Shown here: one piece after another, positions 29,980 through 39,007 of the stretch
Numbering within the stretch: position 1 is the stretch's first letter
Layout: every line of letters starts with the position of its first letter
DNA from: Candidatus Omnitrophota bacterium
Lineage (GTDB): Bacteria > Omnitrophota > Gorgyraeia > Gygaellales > Profunditerraquicolaceae
DNA length: 64,000 nucleotides
Reading direction: 5' to 3'
Assembly: GCA_016208765.1 (NCBI GenBank)
Contig: JACQXK010000009.1
Span: 20,819 to 84,818 of the forward strand
Translations under genes and position numbers: made by a program
Notes under the pieces: generated by a model
Databases searched by the model: none
The model's input: the letters and a program-made list of their open reading frames with translations, nothing else
Told to the model about the DNA's origin: nothing

Positions 29980-30429
29980 ATGGAAACAGGAGTAATTACG
30001 CAGTTTAAAGATTTGGGCTTGATTATGGTGCTTGCGCTATCTGCTGTTGGTTCTGCGGCTGGGGCTGGTGTGGCAGGAATGGCTGCAATAGGCGCATGGA
30101 AGAAGAACTTTTCGCAAAACAAGGCTGCTTCTTTTATGTTAGTGGCTTTTGTAGGCGCTCCGCTAACTCAGACAGTTTATGGCATGATCATTATGAATAA
30201 AATGATTGAGCTTGCTAACAAAGGGCAGTACCTTTGGGGTATGGGCATCTTCGCAGGTCTTGCCATAGGCATGTCTGCGTATTGGCAGGGAAAATGCGCT
30301 GCCAGCGCTTGTGATGCCATGGGAGAAACAAATAAAGGTTTTGGTAATTATATTGTGGTTTTAGGGATCATAGAGACTGTTGCTTTGTTCGTGATGGCAT
30401 TTACATTAGGGCTATTGGGAAAGCTATAA
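29980..30429 (+). CDS. atpK: V-type ATPase proteolipid subunit K
   Basis: Hydrophobic glycine/alanine-rich c-ring protein. ATG at 29980 is preceded by an AGGAGAG RBS; the longer 29890 ORF would overlap atpI. Confidence 0.75.
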   Translation: METGVITQFKDLGLIMVLALSAVGSAAGAGVAGMAAIGAWKKNFSQNKAASFMLVAFVGAPLTQTVYGMIIMNKMIELANKGQYLWGMGIFAGLAIGMSAYWQGKCAASACDAMGETNKGFGNYIVVLGIIETVALFVMAFTLGLLGKL

Positions 30430-30436
30430 ATTATTC

Positions 30437-30513
30437 GGGCGATTAGCTCAGCTGGTTAGAGCATCTGCTTTACACGCAGAGGGTCAGGGGTTCAAGTCCT
30501 CTATCGCCCACCA
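30437..30513 (+). tRNA. tRNA-Val (anticodon TAC), CCA encoded
   Basis: Acceptor GGGCGAT/ATCGCCC, D-arm GCTCAGCTGGTTAGAGC, anticodon loop TTTACAC, T-arm GGTTCAAGTCC, 3' CCA. Confidence 0.85.
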
Positions 30514-30607
30514 GTTTTAGAAAAAGGGTTGATTTGTTTGATGTTCTCTGTATAATATGTAATCTCTGTTAATAAGCAGAGTTTATTTCCAGAGTTCTTT
30601 TAAATTT

Positions 30608-30683
30608 GGGGTCGTGGTGTAGCCTGGTCTAACACATCTCCCTGTCACGGAGAAGACCGCGGGTCCAAATCCCGTCGACCCCG
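30608..30683 (+). tRNA. tRNA-Asp (anticodon GTC)
   Basis: Acceptor GGGGTCG/CGACCCC, anticodon stem TCTCC/GGAGA with loop CTGTCAC, T-arm GGGTCCAAATCCC. Confidence 0.85.
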
Positions 30684-30713
30684 TTAAAATTTTTGTTAAA
30701 AAAATTTTAACGG
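30681..30713 (+). terminator. 14-bp perfect hairpin directly after tRNA-Asp
   Basis: ccgttaaaatttttgttaaaaaaattttaacgg. AT-rich stem, so also possibly a processing or structural element. Confidence 0.4.
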
Positions 30714-30821
30714 GCACTAAAGCGAACGTTAAACAGCCCGGCAAGGGCTGTAGTGAGCGTAGTGCCTGAATAAAAGTTTTGCCTTATAGGCAGAGCACAG
30801 CGCCAATTTTATCATTAAGCT

Positions 30822-31445
30822 ATGGTTTGTTACTTAAAGAACTCTATAGCATTTTTTATATTAATTATTTTAACTCTTTGTTCTTCGCCTGCATCTCCCC
30901 AAGATTCCAATCCTTCCGCGGATAATAAGACCCCTTTAACAGAATCCATCTCTTCCGAAACAATTACAAAGGCAGTGGAAAAAGCAATTAAAGAAACCGA
31001 AGCTGAAAAAGAAAAGAAGAGTATTCAATTAAACGCACACCTAAGATCAAGGCTTGATCAGGCAATTAGCGAGTGGATCAGGCAAGCCAGGCAGATAAAA
31101 AGCAAGGACCTAAACAAATTATTGCACGAGAATTGGAAGAATATCGTTACGGTTACCCTGCCAATTCCCAATGATTATTATTTGCGCAGTTATGAATATT
31201 TTGTTATTAAAGAAGAATGCGTTAAAAGCGACTCCATTATTTCCCCTTATACGGCAGCCGTAGTAATCACAGAGAAACTTTATGTTGAAGGGTATCATTC
31301 ACCAGGCATAAGCAATGTTTCTCCCTACCTTTATACTATAGTCCGTCCAATTACAATAAATCTTAAATACAGCCAGGATGACTTTATTGTTACAAGTACT
31401 GAGTTTGGTCCCCTTGATATTTCCTCCGGCTGGGACAAGCAGTAA
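30822..31445 (+). CDS. hypothetical lipoprotein
   Basis: Signal peptide with LTLC lipobox; no recognised domain. Confidence 0.4.
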   Translation: MVCYLKNSIAFFILIILTLCSSPASPQDSNPSADNKTPLTESISSETITKAVEKAIKETEAEKEKKSIQLNAHLRSRLDQAISEWIRQARQIKSKDLNKLLHENWKNIVTVTLPIPNDYYLRSYEYFVIKEECVKSDSIISPYTAAVVITEKLYVEGYHSPGISNVSPYLYTIVRPITINLKYSQDDFIVTSTEFGPLDISSGWDKQ

Positions 31446-31525
31446 TCCCGTGGCAATTGTCGCATCTCTTGTGGCAGGCTTAAGAAGATTGACAAGCAGG
31501 AATTAGATAGTAAAATGAAGTCGCT

Positions 31526-31762
31526 ATGAATAAAGCGGAAGTAATAAACAAAATTGAAGGATTTATTGCTTTGGAGAAGAAAGCGGAAAATGATTTTCTG
31601 CCGTTTCATTTACGCCTGCTTAATGATTCTTCTGTCTCTCAAGATAAAAAAACCCACTGTAAGCAGATCATTGATAAGCTTACCCAGGATTCTATTACAC
31701 ATGCAAAAATTTTAGAAGAACTGAGAGATTTGTTGATAAGGAGCGAAGAAGATGATTTCTAA
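31526..31762 (+). CDS. small acidic helical protein (paralog of the next ORF)
   Basis: 78 aa. Shares the pattern IEGFIALEKKAENDFLPFHLRLLN with IERFKSILKFEEDFKNEYEEFLGRLHN of the following ORF; ATGA-type overlap with it. Confidence 0.35.
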   Translation: MNKAEVINKIEGFIALEKKAENDFLPFHLRLLNDSSVSQDKKTHCKQIIDKLTQDSITHAKILEELRDLLIRSEEDDF

Positions 31763-31952
31763 TGAGCAATTGATAGAGCGCTTCAAATCAATACTTAAGT
31801 TTGAAGAAGATTTTAAAAATGAATATGAAGAATTCTTGGGGCGGTTGCATAACCAGGTAGCAATGGTTAAAATTAAACTTATCAGGGATTGGGAAATAGA
31901 GCATATTAATCTTGCCCAGGAGCTGTTGAGCATCGTTCAATATACAGATTAG
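31752..31952 (+). CDS. small acidic helical protein (paralog of the previous ORF)
   Basis: 66 aa, translationally coupled to the preceding ORF, similar N-terminal motif. Confidence 0.35.
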   Translation: MISNEQLIERFKSILKFEEDFKNEYEEFLGRLHNQVAMVKIKLIRDWEIEHINLAQELLSIVQYTD

Positions 31953-32059
31953 CTTTAGTAAATTTGATGAGCAAATTACCCATAAATGAGAAAAATCATC
32001 TGCTTGCCTTCCCTGTTTTCCCTTGAGCTGGGGTGGGATTATTATAACTTAGAGAATAA

Positions 32060-32710
32060 ATGATTATCAGCAAACAAAAACCATTTGAAGAGATTACCGC
32101 AATGCTGAAAGAATACCAAAAGGTATTTTTAGTAGGCTGCGGCGAATGCGCAACTACCTGTAAATCAGGGGGAGAGCCGGAATTGCAGGAGATAAAAAAA
32201 CAGCTTGAACGCGCAGGAAAGATTATTGTCGGAACGTGTATCCCTGAGGCTCCTTGTTTGGCAGGTAAGCTAAAGCAGGAGTTGGCAAAGAACGTAAAGG
32301 TTTTGCGCGAGGCTGAGGCAATCTTAGTTTTTGCCTGCGGATTAGGAGTGCAATCTGTAAAAAACAACGACCGGCTTGGGTTAAAGGTTTTGCCGGGCGT
32401 AAACACGGTTTTTGGGGCGGTAATGGATAGTAAGGGAAACTTCTTTGAAAGGTGTTCAATGTGCGGCGAGTGTGTTTTAGATGTCACAGAGGGGATTTGC
32501 CCGGTTACCTTGTGCGCCAAGGGTTTAATGAATGGCCCTTGCGGAGGCATGGATAAGGGTAAGTGTGAAGTAGATAAAGATAAAGATTGCGCATGGATTT
32601 TGATTTATAAAGAATTAGAAAAGAAGAAGAAAACAACTAAATTCAGGCAAGTTCTTCCACCCAGGGACCACAGAAAATCCGGGAAACCGCGTCAGTTGAT
32701 TATTAAGTAG
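32060..32710 (+). CDS. methylenetetrahydrofolate reductase C-terminal-domain-like Cys-rich protein (MetV-like)
   Basis: Several CxxC pairs and the NGPCGG motif characteristic of the MTHFR_C family. The minus-strand ORF 31996-32550 opposite it is low-complexity and likely spurious. Confidence 0.55.
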   Translation: MIISKQKPFEEITAMLKEYQKVFLVGCGECATTCKSGGEPELQEIKKQLERAGKIIVGTCIPEAPCLAGKLKQELAKNVKVLREAEAILVFACGLGVQSVKNNDRLGLKVLPGVNTVFGAVMDSKGNFFERCSMCGECVLDVTEGICPVTLCAKGLMNGPCGGMDKGKCEVDKDKDCAWILIYKELEKKKKTTKFRQVLPPRDHRKSGKPRQLIIK

Positions 32711-32717
32711 TATATTT

Positions 32718-33308
32718 ATGTTAAAAAAGTTGAATTTAAGATTAAATCTAATAGCAAGCCCAAGATTGACAAAGGAGGAAATTCGTAGTAAAATCTTTGT
32801 TGAGTTAAAGAAACAAAGGGAGGACGAACGAAACCGAAAAAGCCGGCTTATTTACAAGAGGCTTTTTAGGACAAAAGCTTTTAGAGAAGCTAAAAATGTG
32901 ATGTTTTACATTGCTTTTGGTGGCGAGGTTAATACAGAAGAAATGATTAAAGAAGCCCGAAGATTAGGAAAAATAGTGACAGTGCCAGTATGTAGAGAAA
33001 ATAGAGTAACAATGATGCCATGTATATTAGACGAACACGCGACACTCAAAAAAGGGCCTTACGGGGTCCGCGAACCGGCCTTAAAAAAACATACTTCTTT
33101 GCGCGATTTAGACTTGGTGATTGTGCCGGGGTTGGCCTTTGATAAAAAAGGCAACCGTTTAGGCCGCGGTAAGGGTTGTTATGACCGTTTTTTGAGCAAG
33201 CTTTCCGAACATACGCATTCCATTGGCCTGGCTTTCGGTTTTCAAATCTTACCTTCTGTCCCCACCACCGAACATGATGTAACCGTCAAGAGAGTTATTT
33301 TCGCTTAA
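32718..33308 (+). CDS. 5-formyltetrahydrofolate cyclo-ligase
   Basis: 196 aa with the 5-FCL motifs GGEVNT and VPGLAFDKKGNRLGRGKGCYDRFL. Confidence 0.8.
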   Translation: MLKKLNLRLNLIASPRLTKEEIRSKIFVELKKQREDERNRKSRLIYKRLFRTKAFREAKNVMFYIAFGGEVNTEEMIKEARRLGKIVTVPVCRENRVTMMPCILDEHATLKKGPYGVREPALKKHTSLRDLDLVIVPGLAFDKKGNRLGRGKGCYDRFLSKLSEHTHSIGLAFGFQILPSVPTTEHDVTVKRVIFA

Positions 33309-33435
33309 TCACTGAAATAACAAAACGAGTTATCTTAATTTCGCTTTTTGCGCAATTGGGACTCTGCCCTGTAAGATAAAATCCCGGGGATAGGGTTTAT
33401 TCAGTGTTTTAAGTGCATCAGAGGAGGAAAGCCAG

Positions 33436-34992
33436 ATGTTAGTCAATATAATTATTTTCTTAGTTGGAATTTTGGTTGCATTAGGAGCAGGGTATTTTTT
33501 AAGAAAGATCATTGCAGAAAAGAAGATTCAGGCAGCTGAGTCGCAGGCGCATCATATAATTGAGCAGGCGAAAAAAGAAGCCCAGGATCGCCGTAGAGAA
33601 ATAGAGCTTGAGGCAAAGGATTTGCTTTACCGCATGCGGCAGGATTTTGAGCGGGAAACCAAGGACAGAAGGCTTGAGATATCAAATCTTGAAAAACGCC
33701 TGACACAAAAAGAAGAAAACATTGATAGGAGGTTAAATCTTTTAGAAGGAAAGGAAAAGGAAATTGAGCAAAAGCAGGAGAATGCCAGGAAGCAGGAAGA
33801 GGCATTAAAATTAAAAGATGCTCAGTTGCATCAGCTGATTGCCGAGGAAAAAGAAAGGCTGCAAAAAATCGCTTCTCTTTCGGCGGAAGAAGCAAAACAG
33901 ATCTTATTGAGCCGTTTAAGCGAAGAACTAAATGCCGAGAAGGCAGTGTTAATTAAGCGCCAGGAAGAGGAATTGCGCGCTGCCGCAGACAAAAAATCAA
34001 GAGAAATAATAAGCCTTGCTATTGAAAAATGTGCCGCAGAGCATGCGGTGGAGTCTACTGTAAGCGTTGTTACATTGCCGAGCGATGAAATGAAAGGCAG
34101 GGTGATCGGCCGCGAAGGAAGGAATATCCGCGCCCTTGAGATGGCCACTGGAGTAGATGTAATTATTGACGATACCCCTGAGGCAGTAACCCTGTCTGCT
34201 TTTGATACGGTGCGCAGGGAAATAGCGCGGCTGAGCCTTGAAAAGCTGCTTGCCGACGGCAGAATTCATCCGGGAAGAATTGAAGAAATTGTGGAAAAAA
34301 CAAAAAAAGAAATGGATGAAAAGATCCGCGAAGAAGGCGAACGCGCTGCCTTTGAAGCAGGTGTAAATAATCTGCACCCTGAATTAATTAAGTTGCTCGG
34401 CCGTTTAAAATACCGCACCAGTTTCGGCCAGAATGCCCTGCAGCATTCTAAAGAGGTTTCTTTTATTTTAGGGACGATTGCCTCGGAGATAGGGCTTGAT
34501 TTTAAACTGGGCAGGCGTATTGGGTTGTTGCATGATATTGGAAAGGCAGTAGACCATCAGATAGAAGGGACCCACGCTAAAATCGGCGCTGATCTTGCCA
34601 GGAAATACAACGAGTCTCCGGAGGTGGTAGGAGCAATTGAGGCGCATCATGAAGAGACCCAGCCGCAAAGTTTGTATGCGGTTTTGGCCATTGCCGCTGA
34701 TGCAATTAGCGCTGCCCGACCGGGTGCCAGGCGCGAGACCCTTGAAACATATGTCAAGCGTCTAGAGAAGCTTGAGTCAATCGCCAATGTTTTTAAAGGA
34801 GTTGAGAAATCTTTTGCAATACAGGCAGGTAGAGAAATACGCGTAATTGTCCAGCCGGAAAAAATCAGCGATGCAGACTCTATAGCAATGGCGCGGGATA
34901 TCCGCAAGAAAATAGAAGAAGGCATGGAGTATCCGGGGCAGATCAAGGTGACGGTAATCAGGGAAACAAGAGCGATAGAATACGCGAAATAG
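33436..34992 (+). CDS. rny: ribonuclease Y
   Basis: N-terminal TM, coiled coil, KH domain ([20 protein letters not shown]) and HD domain (LLHDIGKA...H). Confidence 0.9.
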   Translation: MLVNIIIFLVGILVALGAGYFLRKIIAEKKIQAAESQAHHIIEQAKKEAQDRRREIELEAKDLLYRMRQDFERETKDRRLEISNLEKRLTQKEENIDRRLNLLEGKEKEIEQKQENARKQEEALKLKDAQLHQLIAEEKERLQKIASLSAEEAKQILLSRLSEELNAEKAVLIKRQEEELRAAADKKSREIISLAIEKCAAEHAVESTVSVVTLPSDEMKGRVIGREGRNIRALEMATGVDVIIDDTPEAVTLSAFDTVRREIARLSLEKLLADGRIHPGRIEEIVEKTKKEMDEKIREEGERAAFEAGVNNLHPELIKLLGRLKYRTSFGQNALQHSKEVSFILGTIASEIGLDFKLGRRIGLLHDIGKAVDHQIEGTHAKIGADLARKYNESPEVVGAIEAHHEETQPQSLYAVLAIAADAISAARPGARRETLETYVKRLEKLESIANVFKGVEKSFAIQAGREIRVIVQPEKISDADSIAMARDIRKKIEEGMEYPGQIKVTVIRETRAIEYAK

Positions 34993-35050
34993 CATAGGGC
35001 TTATCGTAAATCGCATATCGTTTTTAGATAAGCGATACGCGCAAACAAAT

Positions 35051-35842
35051 ATGAAAATATTATTTATTGGGGACATAGTTGGCAGCCCGGGGAGGAATGC
35101 GGTTAAGGTTTTACTCCCGCAGTTAAAAAAAGAGCATGGGCTTGATTTTGTAGTGGCTAATGCTGAAAACGCATCCGGAGGATCAGGCATTACTGTGTCA
35201 GTGGCGCAGGATTTATTTGAGTCAGGAGTGGATGTTTTAACTTCAGGTGATCATATCTGGAAGAAACGCGAGATATTTGAATTGATTACTCAGGAGGAAA
35301 GAATATTACGGCCGCTCAACTATCCCAAGGGCGCTCCCGGAAGAGGGCATAATGTTTATAAAACCAAAAATGATTTAAAGGTGGGTGTTGTTAATGTGAA
35401 CGGCCGGGTTTTTATGGATGCTTTGGATTGCCCGTTTAAGGGGACTCTTGAGGCAGTCAGTGAAATCGCGAAAGAAACAAAAATAATCCTTGTAGATATT
35501 CATGCGGAAGCAACTTCAGAAAAGGTGGCTATGGGCTGGTATTTAGATGGCAAGGTTTCAGCTGTCTTAGGAACGCATACGCATATTCAGACCGCCGACG
35601 ATAAAATCCTGCCGCAAGGCTCGGCATACCTGACTGATTTGGGAATGACCGGCCCGTATGATTCTGTGATAGGCAGAAGAGTTGAGGATGTTTTAGAAAG
35701 GTTTCTTACCGCAATACCTGTGCGTTTTGAGGTGGCCGAGGAAAATGTGCAACTCTGCGGAGCTGTTTTGGATATTGATGAAATAACCGGCAAAGCGAAT
35801 TCAATTATCAGGATACAGAGAAAACTTCAGAGCGATGTTTAA
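35051..35842 (+). CDS. ymdB: YmdB-like metallophosphoesterase (TIGR00282 family)
   Basis: MKILFIGDIVGSPGR N-terminus and a GDH...GTHTH calcineurin-like motif set. It follows rny, as in Firmicutes. Confidence 0.8.
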   Translation: MKILFIGDIVGSPGRNAVKVLLPQLKKEHGLDFVVANAENASGGSGITVSVAQDLFESGVDVLTSGDHIWKKREIFELITQEERILRPLNYPKGAPGRGHNVYKTKNDLKVGVVNVNGRVFMDALDCPFKGTLEAVSEIAKETKIILVDIHAEATSEKVAMGWYLDGKVSAVLGTHTHIQTADDKILPQGSAYLTDLGMTGPYDSVIGRRVEDVLERFLTAIPVRFEVAEENVQLCGAVLDIDEITGKANSIIRIQRKLQSDV

Positions 35843-37565
35843 AATAAGCAGAAAATTATATATTGTTTGTTTTATTTTGGTTGTGGCTTGCAGCCTGCTG
35901 CCTGTTTTAGGCAGGGTCACTGCCCAGGATTCTGAATTAGAGTTTACTCTTGATGCCAATTCTCCAACCGTTGTGTTGCCAAAGGTTTTTAGCCCGAACA
36001 TGGATCTGAGCGGCAGGGGTTTTAGCCGCGATGGAGTCTGGCCGCAATCCCTGGCTGCGAAAGAAGTGATTGAGCGCTGGCAGAAGGAAATCGGTTTTTC
36101 AGGTTTTTACCGTCTGCAATACAGCCTTTGGGAGATCAGCCAGCTGGATAAAAACAAAGATGAGCAGAAGAAGCTGCTTGCTAATTATGACGATTTGATT
36201 AAGAAAATCAGCGATGCCGGAGGCGTAGTAATTGTTAATATTTTCGGGACCCCTGTTGGTTCAGGAGCAGTTCTTGATAAGCGGAGCCCGCCACAGGATT
36301 TATCGGTATTTAAACAGGCGTTAAAGAATACCATCCGTGAATTAAGCTGCAACAAAAAATATAATGTTTGGTATGAAATCTGGAATGCCCCGGATTTGGA
36401 TGATTTTTTCCTGGGCAAGGCCCAGGAGTATCTTAATCTTTACCGTGCAGCAGCACAGGTCATTAAAGAGCTTGAGCAGGAGAGCAAGATACAAATCCCC
36501 ATCGGCGGACCCAGCACAAGCTGGTGGTTCCAGAATATGGACGGTAATACTATTGTTAACCCTGAAAGAAGCCTGGTTTATGAGTTGATCAAATATTGTT
36601 ATCGTTACCGGTTGCCGCTTGATTTTATTTCCTGGCACGCTTATTCTACTGACCCAAGAGCGGATAAGGCCCTTACCATTTATAAAAAGGATGCGGTTAC
36701 ATTAATCCGCGACTGGTTGTCATATTTCAAGTTTGAACGCAATACTCCATTGATCATTGATGAATGGAATTTTGACCGAAATGTAAATGTCTCTGAAGAG
36801 AGAAAAGACAAGGCTAATATTTGCGCAAGTTTTATACCGGCAAGGCTTAAAGGCATGTTTGAACAGGGCATTGATAACCAGGTTTATTTCTGTCTTGAGG
36901 ATTTCCAGGCAAATAAGGATAATGTTACAAGGAATACCGGCGTTTTTTCTTTTGACCAGGAGTATAAAGAATACCGCGGTAGCGCTAAATCAATTTATAA
37001 TGCTTTTAGGATGCTTTCTTGTCTTGGCAAAGAATTGTATACCGCTAAGCTCAACGATGATTTTATCGGGATAATCGCGACTAAAGGGACAGACAGTTTT
37101 GTTATTTTGGCGTATAATTATATTGACCCGGATATTGCGATAAACTTTCTTTCTCGTAACATTGGCATATTGACGGCTGGCGAGAAAAAGTTTATCATAA
37201 AGTCTGTTCATTCCGATATGTTAATGAATATTCTCTCCGGCAAACAGGTAATAGCTGGTTTGCGTACCACTAAGCGCGTGAAAGAACTTATGTCCAAGGC
37301 AAAGGAAAAATATCTTGATGCGCGTAAGTTTGATTCAGGGTTTCGTAATTTAAAATTAGGTATAAAGAATCTTAAAGACAACTATCTTTATGAGAGGTAC
37401 GTGATTGATTCTTCTTGCCATGCCGATTGTGATTTTTCTGTGATGGAAACAAAGGAGATCCAGGGGAATCTTTTATATGAAGAAGCCTTAAGCCTGAGCC
37501 CTTATTCAGTGCAAATGATAATCTTGAAGAAAAAAATACCATTACCAGAAGATGCAAAACAATAA
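35835..37565 (+). CDS. secreted glycoside-hydrolase family 39-like protein
   Basis: Signal peptide; TIM-barrel GH39-like blocks YNVWYEIWNAPDL (acid/base region, but WNAP rather than WNEP) and PLIIDEWNFD (nucleophile region). Confidence 0.4.
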   Translation: MFKISRKLYIVCFILVVACSLLPVLGRVTAQDSELEFTLDANSPTVVLPKVFSPNMDLSGRGFSRDGVWPQSLAAKEVIERWQKEIGFSGFYRLQYSLWEISQLDKNKDEQKKLLANYDDLIKKISDAGGVVIVNIFGTPVGSGAVLDKRSPPQDLSVFKQALKNTIRELSCNKKYNVWYEIWNAPDLDDFFLGKAQEYLNLYRAAAQVIKELEQESKIQIPIGGPSTSWWFQNMDGNTIVNPERSLVYELIKYCYRYRLPLDFISWHAYSTDPRADKALTIYKKDAVTLIRDWLSYFKFERNTPLIIDEWNFDRNVNVSEERKDKANICASFIPARLKGMFEQGIDNQVYFCLEDFQANKDNVTRNTGVFSFDQEYKEYRGSAKSIYNAFRMLSCLGKELYTAKLNDDFIGIIATKGTDSFVILAYNYIDPDIAINFLSRNIGILTAGEKKFIIKSVHSDMLMNILSGKQVIAGLRTTKRVKELMSKAKEKYLDARKFDSGFRNLKLGIKNLKDNYLYERYVIDSSCHADCDFSVMETKEIQGNLLYEEALSLSPYSVQMIILKKKIPLPEDAKQ

Positions 37566-38772
37566 CCAATCCCTGTCAAAAAATATTTATACTGTTTCTG
37601 AGATCACCCGGGATATAAAATTAATTTTGGAGAATACTTTTGGCCAAGTCTGGGTAGAAGGAGAAATTTCTAATTTCCGTCCGGCAAGTTCAGGGCATTT
37701 TTATCTGACACTTAAAGATGAGCAGGCAATTATTTCTGCGGCAATGTTCCGGGGGGCAAACAGGGATTTAAAGTTTGGCCTTGAAGACGGGCTGAAAGTA
37801 ATCTGTTTTGGAAAGATTGACGTCTATGCGCCGCGAGGGCAATATCAGCTGATCATTGAACGTATTGAGCCAAAGGGGATAGGCGCCCAACAGTTGGCCT
37901 TTGAACAGCTAAAAAACAAATTAGCCAAAGAAGGGATGTTTGATCCCAACCATAAAAAAGAGCTTCCCCTGATGCCTTTCTGCGCGGGGATTGTTACCTC
38001 GTCGGCAGGAGCAGCGGTCAGGGATATTTTGCAGATTTTAAAAAAAGGCGCTCCGGGAGTGGATGTATTGATCCGGTCTGTGCGCGTGCAGGGAGAAACG
38101 AGCGCTAAAGAAATTGCCCTGGGGATCCAGGAGCTGAATGAATTTGGGAAAGCCGATGTCATTATTGTAAGCCGCGGTGGGGGCAGCACCGAGGACCTTT
38201 GGTCATTTAATGAAGAAGTTGTAGTGAGAGCGATTTATAATTCAAAGATCCCGGTAATTTCTGCAGTAGGGCATCAGATCAACCAGACGCTTTCTGATTT
38301 AGTGGCGGATTATTTTGTAGAGACTCCTTCTGCCGCCGCAAAAATCATTGTGGATAAGAAAAACTCTTTGCTTTCTGAAATTGACAGTTTAAGGCACGAA
38401 TTAGGATTTGCGGTTTCAGAGATCCTGAACCGTTTGAGCCATAATTTTGTGGCCCTGCGCCACATGCTAAAAAGCCCCATGGACAGGCTTCTTGAAAAGG
38501 GGCAATTCTTAGACGAACTAAATAGCAGTTTGACCAATAATATGCGGCATTGTTTAAATATGACGCAGTTAACGGTAGGGTCTTTAATTAAAAGGCTTGA
38601 TACGTTAAGCCCTTTATCGGTTTTGTCCCGCGGGTATAGTTTGTCCACTTTCGTTTCTACGGGAGAGATTGTTGATAGCTCAGAGAAATTAAAACCCGGG
38701 GACATTGTAAAAACAGTATTAAATAAAGGCGCGTTTATAAGCTCTGTGCAGGAGGTAATTAAAAATGGCTAA
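37552..38772 (+). CDS. xseA: exodeoxyribonuclease VII large subunit
   Basis: N-terminal OB fold (VWVEGEISNF), catalytic core (RGGGSTEDLWSFNEE) and a C-terminal coiled region. Confidence 0.85.
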   Translation: MQNNNQSLSKNIYTVSEITRDIKLILENTFGQVWVEGEISNFRPASSGHFYLTLKDEQAIISAAMFRGANRDLKFGLEDGLKVICFGKIDVYAPRGQYQLIIERIEPKGIGAQQLAFEQLKNKLAKEGMFDPNHKKELPLMPFCAGIVTSSAGAAVRDILQILKKGAPGVDVLIRSVRVQGETSAKEIALGIQELNEFGKADVIIVSRGGGSTEDLWSFNEEVVVRAIYNSKIPVISAVGHQINQTLSDLVADYFVETPSAAAKIIVDKKNSLLSEIDSLRHELGFAVSEILNRLSHNFVALRHMLKSPMDRLLEKGQFLDELNSSLTNNMRHCLNMTQLTVGSLIKRLDTLSPLSVLSRGYSLSTFVSTGEIVDSSEKLKPGDIVKTVLNKGAFISSVQEVIKNG

Positions 38773-39007
38773 AGAAAAACAATCTTTTGAAGAAGATCTA
38801 AAGAGGCTGCAGAAAATAGTTGAAGAATTGTCCGGCGGAAAGCTTGCCTTGGGGGAATCTTTGAAAAAATACGAAGAGGGAGTGAAGCTTGCGCAAAGCT
38901 GCAGCGTCACTTTAAACGACGCCCAGCGAAAAGTGGAATTGTTAATGAAAAATAACGGGAAATATAGCCTGGATAAATTTGAAGATACGGATTCTAAGGA
39001 AGAATAA
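38765..39007 (+). CDS. xseB: exodeoxyribonuclease VII small subunit
   Basis: 80-aa helical protein (FEEDLKRLQKIVEELSGGKLALGESLKKYEEG) overlapping the xseA stop. Confidence 0.8.
   Translation: MAKEKQSFEEDLKRLQKIVEELSGGKLALGESLKKYEEGVKLAQSCSVTLNDAQRKVELLMKNNGKYSLDKFEDTDSKEE

Noticed and set aside
31996-32550. 184-aa minus-strand ORF opposite the MTHFR_C-like gene
   Set aside because: P/S/T-rich low-complexity translation with no start context. The plus-strand frame carries a recognisable conserved motif (NGPCGG).
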